A stretch of DNA of 64,000 bases, from NCBI GenBank assembly GCA_021325355.1, contig JAJPHI010000016.1, forward strand, positions 103,733 to 167,732, in the 5' to 3' direction. Positions 38,296-48,744 of this stretch are shown here, one piece after another; the first letter of the stretch is position 1; every line of letters starts with the position of its first letter. Origin of the DNA: Pseudomonadota bacterium. Its GTDB lineage: Bacteria; Desulfobacterota; Binatia; Binatales; Binataceae. The position numbers and the translations under genes are program-made. The notes beneath the pieces were generated by a model. That model ran no database searches and was not told the DNA's origin. It saw nothing but the letters and a program-made list of their open reading frames with translations.

Positions 38296-40206
38296 TCAGC
38301 CCTGACGCGAGGCCTGGGCGTGGCGCTGTTCTTCGGGATGCATCAAGCGGCGAATCAGGGCCGCAAGTTCGGTCAATTGCGCCGGCTTGACCAGATAATG
38401 ATCAAACCCGGATCGCAAGGCGCGAGCGCGATCGGCGCTGCGGCCATAAGCGGTGAGAGCAAGCAGGGGAACGCGCGTCGGTGCGGCGGACTGCCGTTCG
38501 CGCCGCCGGATTTCGGCCGCCAGCCACAGTCCATCGTGAACCGGCATGCCGATATCGGAAATCACGACATGAAACTCCATCTCGTCGAGCAGCGCGAGGG
38601 CGCCTTCGGCAGATGTGGTCGTCGTGACAGTGGCGCCGAGTGCGCCGAGCAGTTCTTCCATCGCGTCGCACGCCGCGGCCTCGTCATCGACGACGAGGAT
38701 TGCGCAACCCTCGAGGCGCTCGAGAGGCTGATCGGACAACGCCTCCTGCGCGATCGGTGCGGGCGCAGCGAACGGCGTCATGGATGCGGGCGGCGGCAGC
38801 GGAAGCCATACCTTGAAGACCGTACCCTTGCCGACGCCGTCGCTGTGCGCCGAAACAATCCCGCCGTGCAAGGTGACCAGTTGCTTTACCAGCGCAAGGC
38901 CGAGGCCGAGACCTGGGAGTTTGCGACTGACGTTGCCCTGGCCGAAACTATCGAAAACCCAAGGGATGGCTGCGGGATCGATGCCGCTCCCATTATCGGC
39001 GACCGTCAACTGCGCACCCCCATCGATGGCTTCGAGACGCACATCAAGCTTCCCGCCGTTGGGGGTGAATTTGATAGCGTGTGCAATCAGATGGGAGACG
39101 ATCTGACGCAGCCGCGACGGGTCGGCCTGAATAGCGGGTGTGTTGTAATCGAGCTGACTGGCGACGGCGATCGCTTTGGCCTGCGCCTCGGCGCGAAAGC
39201 TCTCGATCACCTCGACGACGATCTCAACCGGCTTCGTCGGCTCGAGCGCCAGACGAATCCGCCCGTCTTCCATGCGCGAGAGGTCCAGCAGATCGTCGAT
39301 AAGTTGGGCCTGGGCGCGCGCCGCCTGGTCGATGCCCTGAAGGCCGCGGCGCGCCTTGGCGCCGAGTTCTTCATCGGCGAGGGCGGCATGGCACCACAGC
39401 ATGATTGAGTTCAGCGGATTTCTGAGCTCGTGAGAGACAGCGGAGATGAAACGCTCGCGAATCCGCGCGGCCTGCTCCGCGCGTTCCAGAGCCAGCGCGA
39501 ATTGCGCGTGTGCCTCGCGGGTCAGGCGTCGATACCAATAGACCAGAGAGAAGCCGAACAGCAGCGATAGCAGCGCCGCGAAGCCGAGCAGCGCCGCCTG
39601 CTGTCGCGACTGGCGCTGGCGTTCACGGCCGCGAATCTGGTACTGCACGCGAACCACCGACGCGATTCGACGGTCGAGCTCGTGCGCATCGCGGAGCGCC
39701 CGGTCCAGCGCGACGGAACTTTCCTTTCGACTCCCGGCGCCCTGGACGAGCGGCTGGATTTGCGCAAGCCAGGCGTTGGCGCGCGCGGATATTTCACCAA
39801 TCTGTACCGGCGCGGCCTGCTCGGCGAGCAGACGCGCAAGGTTGCGCAGGTCGGCCCTGAACGAATCGCGCGCCGCCTCCCAGTCAGGCAGCGACGCGTC
39901 ATTGGCGGCGAGCACGAAAGCGCGCGTTTGATGCATCGTGTCGCGCAAGCTCAACCGTGTCTCCTGCGCCTGCAGCAAAATTGAGTTGCTGAGGCGCAGC
40001 GAATCGCCCAGGGATATCCGAAACAGAACCAGCAGTACTGGCGTCGCGATCAAGGCGATCATCGTCAGCGTGAAACCAAGCTGACGGAGGGTAAGGTCGC
40101 GCGCAAAGCCTCGCCGGTTCATCGCCGATGACGGGACCACGCCGTGCCAGGCATAGGTGTCGAGCGCCTCATTGCGCGTCAAGAGCTGATGACCAGTCGG
40201 CCGCAA
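38296..40206 (-). CDS. hybrid sensor histidine kinase / response regulator
   Basis: TM region, an H-box (SHELRNPLNS), N/G1/G2 boxes, and a C-terminal receiver domain (ILVVDDE...SDIGMP). Confidence 0.9.
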   Translation of the reverse strand: MRPTGHQLLTRNEALDTYAWHGVVPSSAMNRRGFARDLTLRQLGFTLTMIALIATPVLLVLFRISLGDSLRLSNSILLQAQETRLSLRDTMHQTRAFVLAANDASLPDWEAARDSFRADLRNLARLLAEQAAPVQIGEISARANAWLAQIQPLVQGAGSRKESSVALDRALRDAHELDRRIASVVRVQYQIRGRERQRQSRQQAALLGFAALLSLLFGFSLVYWYRRLTREAHAQFALALERAEQAARIRERFISAVSHELRNPLNSIMLWCHAALADEELGAKARRGLQGIDQAARAQAQLIDDLLDLSRMEDGRIRLALEPTKPVEIVVEVIESFRAEAQAKAIAVASQLDYNTPAIQADPSRLRQIVSHLIAHAIKFTPNGGKLDVRLEAIDGGAQLTVADNGSGIDPAAIPWVFDSFGQGNVSRKLPGLGLGLALVKQLVTLHGGIVSAHSDGVGKGTVFKVWLPLPPPASMTPFAAPAPIAQEALSDQPLERLEGCAILVVDDEAAACDAMEELLGALGATVTTTTSAEGALALLDEMEFHVVISDIGMPVHDGLWLAAEIRRRERQSAAPTRVPLLALTAYGRSADRARALRSGFDHYLVKPAQLTELAALIRRLMHPEEQRHAQASRQG

Positions 40207-40564
40207 GTCATGATGAGATTTCCATCACGAGCCCCAGGCTTGTCCAGCCCCAGGATCGCCCCTCGCCTCGCTGTGCGCGCACGATCCCGCGCAATCCCAG
40301 GGTGGTAATTTAGCGTGAGCCCGACGCCCGCCGCGCCGCGTCCAGCTCTCCTTGATGCGAATCTTCTCTGCCCAGTTAGCTTACCGCGATGCCGCTCCGC
40401 TCCTCCCAGGTGGTGCCTTTTTCCCCGGATCGACGATGGTATGCGCCAGATGGCCCTAGAAGCTGCGCGACCGAGCAAAGGCGCACAAGAGCTTAAAGTT
40501 GTACTCCCTCTATAACTTTGGTTTGAGCGGCGACCGAAGGGCAGGACCTTCGCGACGTTGGCTG

Positions 40565-40613
40565 AATAAAAGCCGCGAGGGCGACAGATCGATCAAGCCG
40601 ACTGTCGCCCTCG
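40565..40613 (-). terminator. rho-independent terminator downstream of the DUF3309 gene
   Basis: Perfect 12-bp stem cgagggcgacag/ctgtcgccctcg (40576-40587 and 40602-40613). It is followed on the minus strand by UUUUAUU (complement of aataaaa at 40565-40571). Confidence 0.6.
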
Positions 40614-40629
40614 GAGTGTAAGAGGCCCG

Positions 40630-40782
40630 TCAGAGACGACCCAATAGGATGAGGATCAGCACGATGATTACGAGAGTGCCGAGTCCGCCGGCAGGGTAGT
40701 ACCCCCACCCAGCGCTATACGGCCAGGCGGGAATTGCACCCACCAACAGAACGATAAGCAGAATTAATAGGATGAGGCCCAC
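40630..40782 (-). CDS. DUF3309 family small membrane protein (50 aa; GTG start; not in the ORF track)
   Basis: MGLILLILLIVLLVGAIPAWPYSAGWGYYPAGGLGTLVIIVLILILLGRL* has the canonical DUF3309 WPYS..GWGY motif between two TM helices. An SD-like gaggt sits 7 nt upstream. Confidence 0.6.
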   Translation of the reverse strand: MGLILLILLIVLLVGAIPAWPYSAGWGYYPAGGLGTLVIIVLILILLGRL

Positions 40783-40814
40783 GTTGTTTACCTCGCTCTA
40801 TGGCTTGGAGGACG

Positions 40815-41165
40815 TCATGACAGATTCTGACTGGGCACAAAGCCGGTCTCGCCCTTCATCGGACCTGCGGTGATCTCGACCTGCGCGCCGTTGTCGTCCT
40901 TGCTGAGAACCTTGACGGGCGTGCCATCGTCGATCGACTTGGCGGCGACACCATTGGCGAGCTGACCCGCCATGCCCTCGACTCCGCCGTCCTGTTTCAT
41001 CCGGGAGTATTTGAGGTAGCTTTGCTCGTCGGTGTACATCGGGACCGAGTGCTCGTTGCCGACCACGACGAGCTTATGGGTGTCGATCGATTCCCAGTTG
41101 CCGTTACATGCCGTGAAGAATGTCGCGATAGCCAGTGACGCCAGATAGCACTTTTTCATTCTCAT
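40815..41165 (-). CDS. small lipoprotein of unknown function
   Basis: MRMKKCYLASLAIATFFTAC contains a lipobox (FTAC). The mature domain is about 95 aa. Confidence 0.5.
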   Translation of the reverse strand: MRMKKCYLASLAIATFFTACNGNWESIDTHKLVVVGNEHSVPMYTDEQSYLKYSRMKQDGGVEGMAGQLANGVAAKSIDDGTPVKVLSKDDNGAQVEITAGPMKGETGFVPSQNLS

Positions 41166-41402
41166 GCGTTTTTCCTGCCTCCCTGTGTGCAAGAGCCGAA
41201 TTGCGATACGACCCTTGCTGATGCACTTGCCGTACCAGTCGAAGCCAGGTCGGCGCAGCCGCTTGAAAACGCGTGACTACGCGTGCTCGAGAGAGCAGTA
41301 ACTGTCAGTTGTGAGAAATATTTTCCGTAACGACCACGAAATTGCGGCGGCCCTGGGCCGCTGGCGAGCGATCCGAGCCCGTGGCGGTACTTGCGGCGGT
41401 AC

Positions 41403-42998
41403 CTAATGCCCTGCGGTTGAGGCGCCCGGATTCGACGTGTTCGAGCGAAAGAGCAGGAAAGAGGGAATCATCAAAGCCGCCATCAGCGCGAGCTGACGAT
41501 AAAGATCGTTGAACGCGAGCATCGCGGATTGCTGTTCGATCGCGCCGTAAATCATGCCGAGGCTCTGCTTTTGCCCCGTAACGATCTGCGTAACGTAATG
41601 GAATGGCGGGGAGCCGGGGGCGTATGCAGCCTGAGTGCTCAGACGCCACGCGTCGAACGCGGAGAAGTGCTGGACCAGATAGAACTGATGGATATTGGAA
41701 TCGTGCACGAGGCGGCTGGTCAGGTACGAAATACCGATCGCCGCGCCGTTGTTGCGCATCATGTTGTAAAGGCTCGAAGCGAAACCCATCCGTTCGCGCG
41801 GCACGCAGCTTAGTGCGGCCGCTGAAAGGATCGGAAAGCACATCCCGAGGCCAAATCCGAGCACCATGCCGTCTTTGATGACGCGGGCCAGGCTCACGTC
41901 GAGGTCCCAGTGCGCCATCCGCCAGAGGCCGATCGCGATGAGACTGAAGGCGACGCCGATCAGGCGCTTGGTATCGACGCCGCGGCGCGCGACCTGGCCG
42001 GTCATCAGCATCGCCATCATCGCGGCAAACCCGCGCGGCGCCATCGTCAGGCCGGCCTTCAGGGCGGTATAGCCCATGAATTCCTGCAGGAAGACGGGAG
42101 TAAGCACGCCCGATCCAAACAGGATGAAGCTCAGGACGATAATCGTACCGATCGCGCAGGTGAACTGCCGGATCCCGAAGAGGTGCAATTCAAGGATTGG
42201 TTCGGGGACACGCAACTCACGGATCGTCAAGAGAATCATCGAGGCGACCGAGACGAAAGTCGCCCAGCGCACCCATGGCGCGCTGAACCAGTCGGCGCGC
42301 TCGCCGCGGTCGAACACCAGTTGCGCGAGCCCCAGCCACAGGGCGAGATAGACGATCGCGAGATAGTCTATCGGGGTGTCCGAGCGGCGGGTGCGCAGGT
42401 AGTCGGGATCATGGACGAAGGCCGAAACCATCAGGAGGGCGGCCGTGCCTAACGGCAGGTTGATGTAAAAATTCCAGCGCCAGTTCCAATTGTCGGTAAT
42501 CCAGCCGCCCACCGTCGGTCCAAGGATGGGCGCTACCATCAGCCCCATGCCCCACATCGCCATGGCGAGCTGCTGTTCTTCCGGCGGGAAGGTTTCCATC
42601 AGGATGGCCTGCGAAGAGGGAATCATCGCCGCCCCGGCGAGCCCCTGGGCGAGACGAAAGAACACCATCTGTTCGAGCGATTGCGCAGCCCCGCATAGGA
42701 CCGAAGCGGCGACGAAGGTCGCGACCGACAGCATGAAATAGCGTTTGCGGCCGAAGCGCGCCGAAATCCATCCGGTCATCGGGATCATCACGCCGTTGGC
42801 GACCAAATAGCTGGTCACGACCCAGGCGATTTCATCGACGCTGGCGGAGAAGCTGCCCTGCATGTGCGGCAGGGAGACATTGACGATCGAGGTGTCGAGC
42901 ACTTCGAGGGTCGCGCCGAGCATGACCGCCAGCGCGATCAGCCACTTGTGCGACGAATGGGGCGGGGCAGGTTGCGGAATCGGTGCAGCAGCGGCCAT
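41403..42998 (-). CDS. MFS transporter, DHA2 (EmrB/QacA) 14-TMS drug:H+ antiporter family
   Basis: 531 aa, 14 predicted TMs, and MFS motif A-like GRFGRKR after TM2. Confidence 0.9.
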   Translation of the reverse strand: MAAAAPIPQPAPPHSSHKWLIALAVMLGATLEVLDTSIVNVSLPHMQGSFSASVDEIAWVVTSYLVANGVMIPMTGWISARFGRKRYFMLSVATFVAASVLCGAAQSLEQMVFFRLAQGLAGAAMIPSSQAILMETFPPEEQQLAMAMWGMGLMVAPILGPTVGGWITDNWNWRWNFYINLPLGTAALLMVSAFVHDPDYLRTRRSDTPIDYLAIVYLALWLGLAQLVFDRGERADWFSAPWVRWATFVSVASMILLTIRELRVPEPILELHLFGIRQFTCAIGTIIVLSFILFGSGVLTPVFLQEFMGYTALKAGLTMAPRGFAAMMAMLMTGQVARRGVDTKRLIGVAFSLIAIGLWRMAHWDLDVSLARVIKDGMVLGFGLGMCFPILSAAALSCVPRERMGFASSLYNMMRNNGAAIGISYLTSRLVHDSNIHQFYLVQHFSAFDAWRLSTQAAYAPGSPPFHYVTQIVTGQKQSLGMIYGAIEQQSAMLAFNDLYRQLALMAALMIPSFLLFRSNTSNPGASTAGH

Positions 42999-43708
42999 TA
43001 TTCGGCGACCTCCGCGCGCATTGTCCGGATCGGGTTGCTGAGCCGTCGCGAGCCGGTTTTTGCCAATGCCGTCCGCGGTTTCTCACGAACCGCGCCTGAT
43101 CTGCTGCGCTCCGGCGATTTCATCTGCAGCCGCGCCGAGACCGAACGCAGAAACCGCAGACGTTGGCGGCGGAAGCGCGCCGAAGTCGGTGAAAGTCCCG
43201 TCGCCAGACGCGTCATCTGCGGAAAGGCCAGAGGAAACACGGCCAGCGCGATGATCGACAGATGCAGTTGGGCCAGGTTCAGATCGCGCGGGATACCGCC
43301 GTTAGCCTGCGAACGCCGCAGGGCTTCCAAAGCCTCGCTGATATACGAGCGGCGTTCGCGTTCGCCGACCAGCTTTTGTGCGGGCGCGGTGCTGAGCGCC
43401 TCCCATTCGAGCAATCTTACCCAATCCTGATCTCCGGCAACCGCCTCGTACCATCGCAGGATGGTTCCGGCGAGATCGTCGTCGCGGCGCTCGAAGAGCG
43501 CGGTTCGTTCGGTGAACTTCCGCCGCAGGATTTCGCGGTAGAGGTTCTCCTTGGAGCCGAAGCAGTAAAAGAGCATCCGATGATTGACCCGGGCGCGGCG
43601 CGCGATCGCATTGCAACGAGCGCCGGCCAGGCCGTGGGCGGCGAATTCGGCCAGCGCCGCCTTCAGGATCCGATCGCGGGTACGCGCCAGGTCCCGCACG
43701 GGTTCCAT
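42998..43708 (-). CDS. TetR/AcrR family transcriptional regulator
   Basis: N-terminal TetR HTH (RDRILKAALAEFAAHGLAGARCNAIARRARVNHRMLFYCFGSKENLY). Its stop overlaps the start of the MFS gene. Confidence 0.8.
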   Translation of the reverse strand: MEPVRDLARTRDRILKAALAEFAAHGLAGARCNAIARRARVNHRMLFYCFGSKENLYREILRRKFTERTALFERRDDDLAGTILRWYEAVAGDQDWVRLLEWEALSTAPAQKLVGERERRSYISEALEALRRSQANGGIPRDLNLAQLHLSIIALAVFPLAFPQMTRLATGLSPTSARFRRQRLRFLRSVSARLQMKSPERSRSGAVREKPRTALAKTGSRRLSNPIRTMRAEVAE

Positions 43709-43839
43709 CGCGAAGCTCCTCTCGCTGAGTCGTTAACCGGCTTGTTAATAGTATTAACTCGATGGTTAATACAAGGCCCGACGAGTTGGCCAGCGTCAAG
43801 CAGCGCGCGCCGGACGCTGCTCGCGCCGCAGCCAGGAAC

Positions 43840-44817
43840 CTACCAGCGGATCAGATTGGCGCCCCAGGTGAGGCCGCCGCCGCAGGCATTGAGCATGATG
43901 AGGTCGTTGTCGTGGATGCGCCGCGCTTCGACCGCTTCGTCGAGCGCAATCGGCACGGAGGCCGCGGAGGTGTTCCCATAACGATTGACGTTGGTGAAGA
44001 CCTTGTCGGCGCCGAGGCCCAGGCGCTCGGCCACGGCATTGATGATCCGCAGGTTCGCCTGATGGGGCACGATAAGCGCGATTTCTTCGAGCGGGACCGC
44101 TGCGCGCTCGGCAACTTTGCGCGAAATGTCTTCCATGCTGCGGACCGCGATCTTGAACAGTTCCGGCCCTTTCATCCGGATGGCGTCTTCGTTGACGCGG
44201 CGGGCCTCGGCGTCGATGGTGGTGCGGACGCCGCGATTACGCACGTAAAGCAGGTCCCAGTAGGCGCCGGACGAGCGCAGCAGGCTGCCGAGCACACCAC
44301 GATCGCTCGGCTCGCGCACCATGACTACGGCGCCGGCGCCGTCGCCGAACAGAACCGCGGTGCTGCGATCATTCCAATCGACCATCGTCGAGAGCGCGTC
44401 GGCGCCGACCACCAGCAGCCGCTCATAGTCACCGGCGCGCATCGTCGAGTCGGCGACGCTCAGCGCATAGACGAAGCCCGAGCAGGCAGCGGCGACGTCG
44501 AAGGCAGGAATCGTGTCGAGACCCAGGCGATGCTGGAGTTGGCAGGCGAACGAGGGAAAGCCGAAGTCCGATGAGACGGTGCCAACCACGATCGCATCGA
44601 GCTGCGAAGCCGCAACGCCGGCACGCTGCAGCGCGGTGCGCGAAGCCTCGGCGGCGATATCGACCAGCGACTCGCCGCTGCTCATCACGTAGCGTTGTTC
44701 GATTCCCGTACGCGTCCGGACCCACTCGTCGGTCGTATCCATCCGGCGCGCCAGTTCATGATTGGTAACCCGCGTGCGCGGCGTGGCGCGCCCGGTGGCG
44801 ACGATTCGAGAGCCCAT
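43840..44817 (-). CDS. fabH: beta-ketoacyl-ACP synthase III (FabH family)
   Basis: Cys-His-Asn triad in context (AAACSGF, PHQAN, GNTSAAS). 325 aa. Confidence 0.9.
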   Translation of the reverse strand: MGSRIVATGRATPRTRVTNHELARRMDTTDEWVRTRTGIEQRYVMSSGESLVDIAAEASRTALQRAGVAASQLDAIVVGTVSSDFGFPSFACQLQHRLGLDTIPAFDVAAACSGFVYALSVADSTMRAGDYERLLVVGADALSTMVDWNDRSTAVLFGDGAGAVVMVREPSDRGVLGSLLRSSGAYWDLLYVRNRGVRTTIDAEARRVNEDAIRMKGPELFKIAVRSMEDISRKVAERAAVPLEEIALIVPHQANLRIINAVAERLGLGADKVFTNVNRYGNTSAASVPIALDEAVEARRIHDNDLIMLNACGGGLTWGANLIRW

Positions 44818-44824
44818 CTATATC

Positions 44825-46081
44825 TCAGCCTATGTTCGCGGGCCGAAACGCCAGCGTGGTGTTGGTGCCGCCGAAACCGAAGGAGTTGTTGAGCGCCACG
44901 CGGATGCGCGCCGGTCGCGCGGTGTTCGGCACGTAGTCGAGATCGCACTCCGGATCGGGATATTCGTAATTGATGGTGGGCGGAATCATCCCGCGCGCGA
45001 TGCTGAGAACGGTGAACACCGACTCGATGGCGCCAGCGGCGCCGAGCGTATGGCCGGTCATCGATTTGGTCGAACTGACCGCGATCCGCGCGGCATGCTC
45101 ACCGAAGACGTGCTTGATAGCCTGGGTTTCGGCGACATCACCCTGCGGCGTCGAGGTTCCGTGAGCGTTGATATAGTCAACTTCGTCGGCCCGAATGTCG
45201 CCGTCCTCGAGGCACAACCGGATACAGCGTGCGGCGCCTTCGCCCTCCGGGGAGGGTGCGGTGATATGGTGGGCGTCGGCGTTAGAGGCGTAACCCGCGA
45301 CTTCGGCCAGAATCGTGGCGCCGCGCGCAATCGCCAATTCGCGCTCCTCCAGAATCAGGGCGGCGGCCCCTTCGGCCATCACGAACCCGTCGCGCTCGCG
45401 ATCGAACGGGCGGCTCGCGGCCTGTGGATTGTCGTTGCGCGTCGACAGCGCCCGCATCGCGATAAAGCCGCCCAGGCCGAGCGAGGTCAGCGCCGCTTCC
45501 GATCCGCCGGTGATGGCGGCGTCGAGGTAACCGTGGCGAATCATCCGATAAGCCTCGCCGACGGCGTGGGAACCCGACGCGCAGGCGCTGGTGGTAGTGA
45601 TATTTTCGCCGCGCGCTCCATAGCGAATCGAGATCTGACCCGGCGCGAGATTCGACAGCAGTTTCGGGATGAAGAACGGGGTGATGCGTTTCAGCCGGGA
45701 CTCGAGAAAAATCAGATGGTTTTCTTCAATCGTCAGCAGGCCGCCGATGCCGTTGCCGATGAGCACGCCCACCCGCTCGGCGTTGCTGTCGTCAATCTTA
45801 AGCTGCGACTGACGCATCGCCTGTTCGGCGGTAGCCATCGCGAACTGGATGAACAGGTCCATCTTGCGAGCGTCTTTCTTTTCGATCCACTCGAGCGGAT
45901 CGAAGTCCCGCACCTCGCCGGCGATACGGGTGGGAAAGTCGTCGGTGTTGAAACGCGTAATGAGACCGATGCCGGAGCGACCCGCCATCAGCGCCTCCCA
46001 ATTCTTCTCCACCCCGGTGCCGAGCGGAGTAACCAGCCCGACGCCCGTCACGACCACGCGCCGGTCCACCTTTGATCTCAT
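44825..46081 (-). CDS. fabF: beta-ketoacyl-ACP synthase II (FabF family)
   Basis: TTSACASGSHA active Cys, two His (HGTST, GHTLGAAG) and a C-terminal GFGGTN. 418 aa. Confidence 0.95.
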   Translation of the reverse strand: MRSKVDRRVVVTGVGLVTPLGTGVEKNWEALMAGRSGIGLITRFNTDDFPTRIAGEVRDFDPLEWIEKKDARKMDLFIQFAMATAEQAMRQSQLKIDDSNAERVGVLIGNGIGGLLTIEENHLIFLESRLKRITPFFIPKLLSNLAPGQISIRYGARGENITTTSACASGSHAVGEAYRMIRHGYLDAAITGGSEAALTSLGLGGFIAMRALSTRNDNPQAASRPFDRERDGFVMAEGAAALILEERELAIARGATILAEVAGYASNADAHHITAPSPEGEGAARCIRLCLEDGDIRADEVDYINAHGTSTPQGDVAETQAIKHVFGEHAARIAVSSTKSMTGHTLGAAGAIESVFTVLSIARGMIPPTINYEYPDPECDLDYVPNTARPARIRVALNNSFGFGGTNTTLAFRPANIG

Positions 46082-46184
46082 TTGGACCTGCTCCTCCTGC
46101 TAGCCTCGAAAGGTTTTATCAAAAGCGCAGGCGCCGCCAAAGCAGGGGTCGAACGGCGGCCGGCTTGATTGCAGCCGCGGGCTG

Positions 46185-46562
46185 GTGGAGATTGACGTTG
46201 TGACACCCCCGGATAGCGATTCCTTCGCGCGCTTCATCGCCGGCCTGACTGAGCTCGAAGTGACCGTGGGGCCGAAGGCAGGTCCGGTGGTCGCCGAATT
46301 GCGCGAGCTGATGCTTAAAGCGGCGGCGGCGCGTCAGTCGGGCCAGGAGCAGACGGCACTCGCCGCGATTGCCCAGGCGATGGGCCGCATCACGACTCTG
46401 GCTGAGCTGCTCGACCCGACGGAAGCGCTGATGATGCGGGCGATTGCGCAGCGCTTCACCCAGGCGCTGGGGCAAGGTGACAAGGCCACGGCGAAGGAAA
46501 CCGTGAACGTGATGCGCCATCGCGCCGGTGATCCCAAGGACGATCCGGCCAAGGATTGGTAG
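46185..46562 (+). CDS. hypothetical protein (GTG start)
   Basis: 125-aa helical protein. The plus frame has natural composition, while the overlapping minus ORF is Arg-rich. Confidence 0.4.
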   Translation: MEIDVVTPPDSDSFARFIAGLTELEVTVGPKAGPVVAELRELMLKAAAARQSGQEQTALAAIAQAMGRITTLAELLDPTEALMMRAIAQRFTQALGQGDKATAKETVNVMRHRAGDPKDDPAKDW

Positions 46563-46624
46563 ACTAAGGCGCACCTCCCGGACAACCAGGCGATAGATAA
46601 GGCGATATACAAGGAAGGTTTCAG

Positions 46625-48649
46625 ATGGCGACCGACGCGCATCCCAGTCAAACCAGGCTCGACCGGCTGTGCATCAATTCCATTCGGGTGCTGGCGATTG
46701 ACGCGGTCCAGAAGGCCAATTCAGGGCATCCGGGAATGCCGATGGGGATGGCTCCGGTAGCCTATTTGCTGTTTACGCGTTACATGCGGCATAATCCGCG
46801 CAATCCGCACTGGTACGGGCGCGATCGTTTCGTGCTGTCCGCGGGTCACGGATCGATGCTGCTCTACGCCTCGCTCTATCTGACCGGCTACGATCTGTCG
46901 CTGGACGAGATCAAACGGTTTCGACAATTGGGGAGCAAGACGCCCGGCCATCCGGAAAGCGAGCTTACGCCCGGCGTCGAGACGACCACGGGACCGCTCG
47001 GTCAGGGGGTGGCCAATGCGGTGGGTATGGCGATCGCGGCCAAGCACATGGAAGCGCGCTTTGAACGCGGCGCCTCGGGCCTCTTCAGCCATCGCATCTT
47101 CGGGATCTGCGGCGACGGCGACCTGATGGAAGGGGTTTCCGCCGAAGCTGCATCGCTCGCCGGCCATCTGGGTCTCGGCAACCTTATCTTCATTTACGAT
47201 GACAATCACGTGACCATCGACGGGCACACGGAGCTCGCCTTCTCTGAAGACGTTTGCCGGCGCTTCGACGCCTATGGATGGCATACGCAGGTCGTCGATG
47301 ACGCGAACGATCTCAACGCGCTGACTGAGGCGATCGACCGTGCGATCGCAGAAAAGGAGCGCCCGTCGCTGATTCGCGTGCGCAGCCATATCGGTTACGG
47401 CAGTCCCAATCGCCAGGACAGCTCGGAAGCGCACGGCAAAGCCCTCGGTGTCGAAGAAGTCAAGCTGACCAAGCAGTTCTACGATTGGCCGCTCGAACCG
47501 GACTTCTACGTGCCGGACGAAGCGTTGCGCGAGTTCCGCCGATGTCTCGAACGGGGCGCCGAGCTGGAAGCCCGCTGGACTCGGGATTTTGACAGCTACG
47601 CCCAACAGCACGCCGATGACGCGAGGGAGTTCAAGGCGATGCTCGCCGGCGAACTGCCGAAGGACTGGGACCGCGACCTGCCGGTCTTCACGCCCAAGGA
47701 CGCGCTCGCGACGCGCGAATCGGCGTCGCGCGCCGAACAGGCGATCGCGCGACGGGTGTGGGCACTTTTCGGCGGTTCGGCCGATCTGAACGAATCGACC
47801 TTCACGGATTTCAAGGAAGGGCAGGACTTCGCGCGCGACAATTACGGCGGGCGCAATCTGCACTTTGGCATCCGCGAGCATGCCATGTGTGCGATTCTGA
47901 ATGGTATCGCGCTCAGTGGCGGTTTTATTCCGATCGGTTCGAGTTTCCTGGTCTTTACCGACTATTGCCGTCCGTCGATCCGGCTGGCGGCCCTGATGAA
48001 ACTGCATGTCATCTTCGTTTTCACCCACGATTCCATCGGCCTCGGCGAGGACGGCCCGACCCATCAGCCGGTCGAGCATCTGAGCGCGCTGCGCGCGATT
48101 CCCAACCTGACGCTGATTCGGCCGGCCGACGCCAATGAGGCGGTCGAAGCGTGGCGCGTCGCGATGACCCATCGCGGCGGCCCCGTGATGCTGGCGCTGT
48201 CGCGCCAGAAGCTGCCCACCTTCGATCGCGCTGAGATGAGCGCGGCAGACAACCTGGCCAAGGGCGCTTACGTCCTGTGCGAAACCGCCGGCAGGACGCC
48301 CGATATCATCCTGATCGCCAGCGGCTCGGAGGTGCATTTGGCGGTGGCGGCCAAACCGCAGCTCGAGGCACGCGGCCATGCGGTGCGCGTCGTCAGCATG
48401 CCGAGCTTCGAACTGTTCGCGCGACAGGATCAGACGTACCGGGACGCCGTACTGCCGCCCCGGATTCGACGCCGTCTCGCCGTCGAGGCGGGCTCGCCCT
48501 TGTCCTGGTATCGATGGGTGGGCCTCGATGGCGATATCGTCGGGATGACGACGTTTGGCGCTTCGGCGCCCTATACGGACGCGCTCAAGCATTTCGGGTT
48601 TACAACCGAGAACGTGGTCGAACGGGCCTTGAGACTCCTGGCTCCATGA
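46625..48649 (+). CDS. tkt: transketolase
   Basis: TPP motifs ([19 protein letters not shown]). 674 aa. Confidence 0.95.
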   Translation: MATDAHPSQTRLDRLCINSIRVLAIDAVQKANSGHPGMPMGMAPVAYLLFTRYMRHNPRNPHWYGRDRFVLSAGHGSMLLYASLYLTGYDLSLDEIKRFRQLGSKTPGHPESELTPGVETTTGPLGQGVANAVGMAIAAKHMEARFERGASGLFSHRIFGICGDGDLMEGVSAEAASLAGHLGLGNLIFIYDDNHVTIDGHTELAFSEDVCRRFDAYGWHTQVVDDANDLNALTEAIDRAIAEKERPSLIRVRSHIGYGSPNRQDSSEAHGKALGVEEVKLTKQFYDWPLEPDFYVPDEALREFRRCLERGAELEARWTRDFDSYAQQHADDAREFKAMLAGELPKDWDRDLPVFTPKDALATRESASRAEQAIARRVWALFGGSADLNESTFTDFKEGQDFARDNYGGRNLHFGIREHAMCAILNGIALSGGFIPIGSSFLVFTDYCRPSIRLAALMKLHVIFVFTHDSIGLGEDGPTHQPVEHLSALRAIPNLTLIRPADANEAVEAWRVAMTHRGGPVMLALSRQKLPTFDRAEMSAADNLAKGAYVLCETAGRTPDIILIASGSEVHLAVAAKPQLEARGHAVRVVSMPSFELFARQDQTYRDAVLPPRIRRRLAVEAGSPLSWYRWVGLDGDIVGMTTFGASAPYTDALKHFGFTTENVVERALRLLAP

Positions 48650-48744
48650 ATGATCCGGGTTGCCGTCGGACGCGGATCGGAAATCGGAACCGAAGCGCGT
48701 CTTGAACGTATATCTGCTTACCCGGCAACTTACGCCTAATCCAC

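Noticed and set aside
41305-41841. 178-aa minus ORF overlapping the 3-prime end of the MFS gene
   Set aside because: It is an alternative frame of the transporter gene with an Arg-rich sequence.
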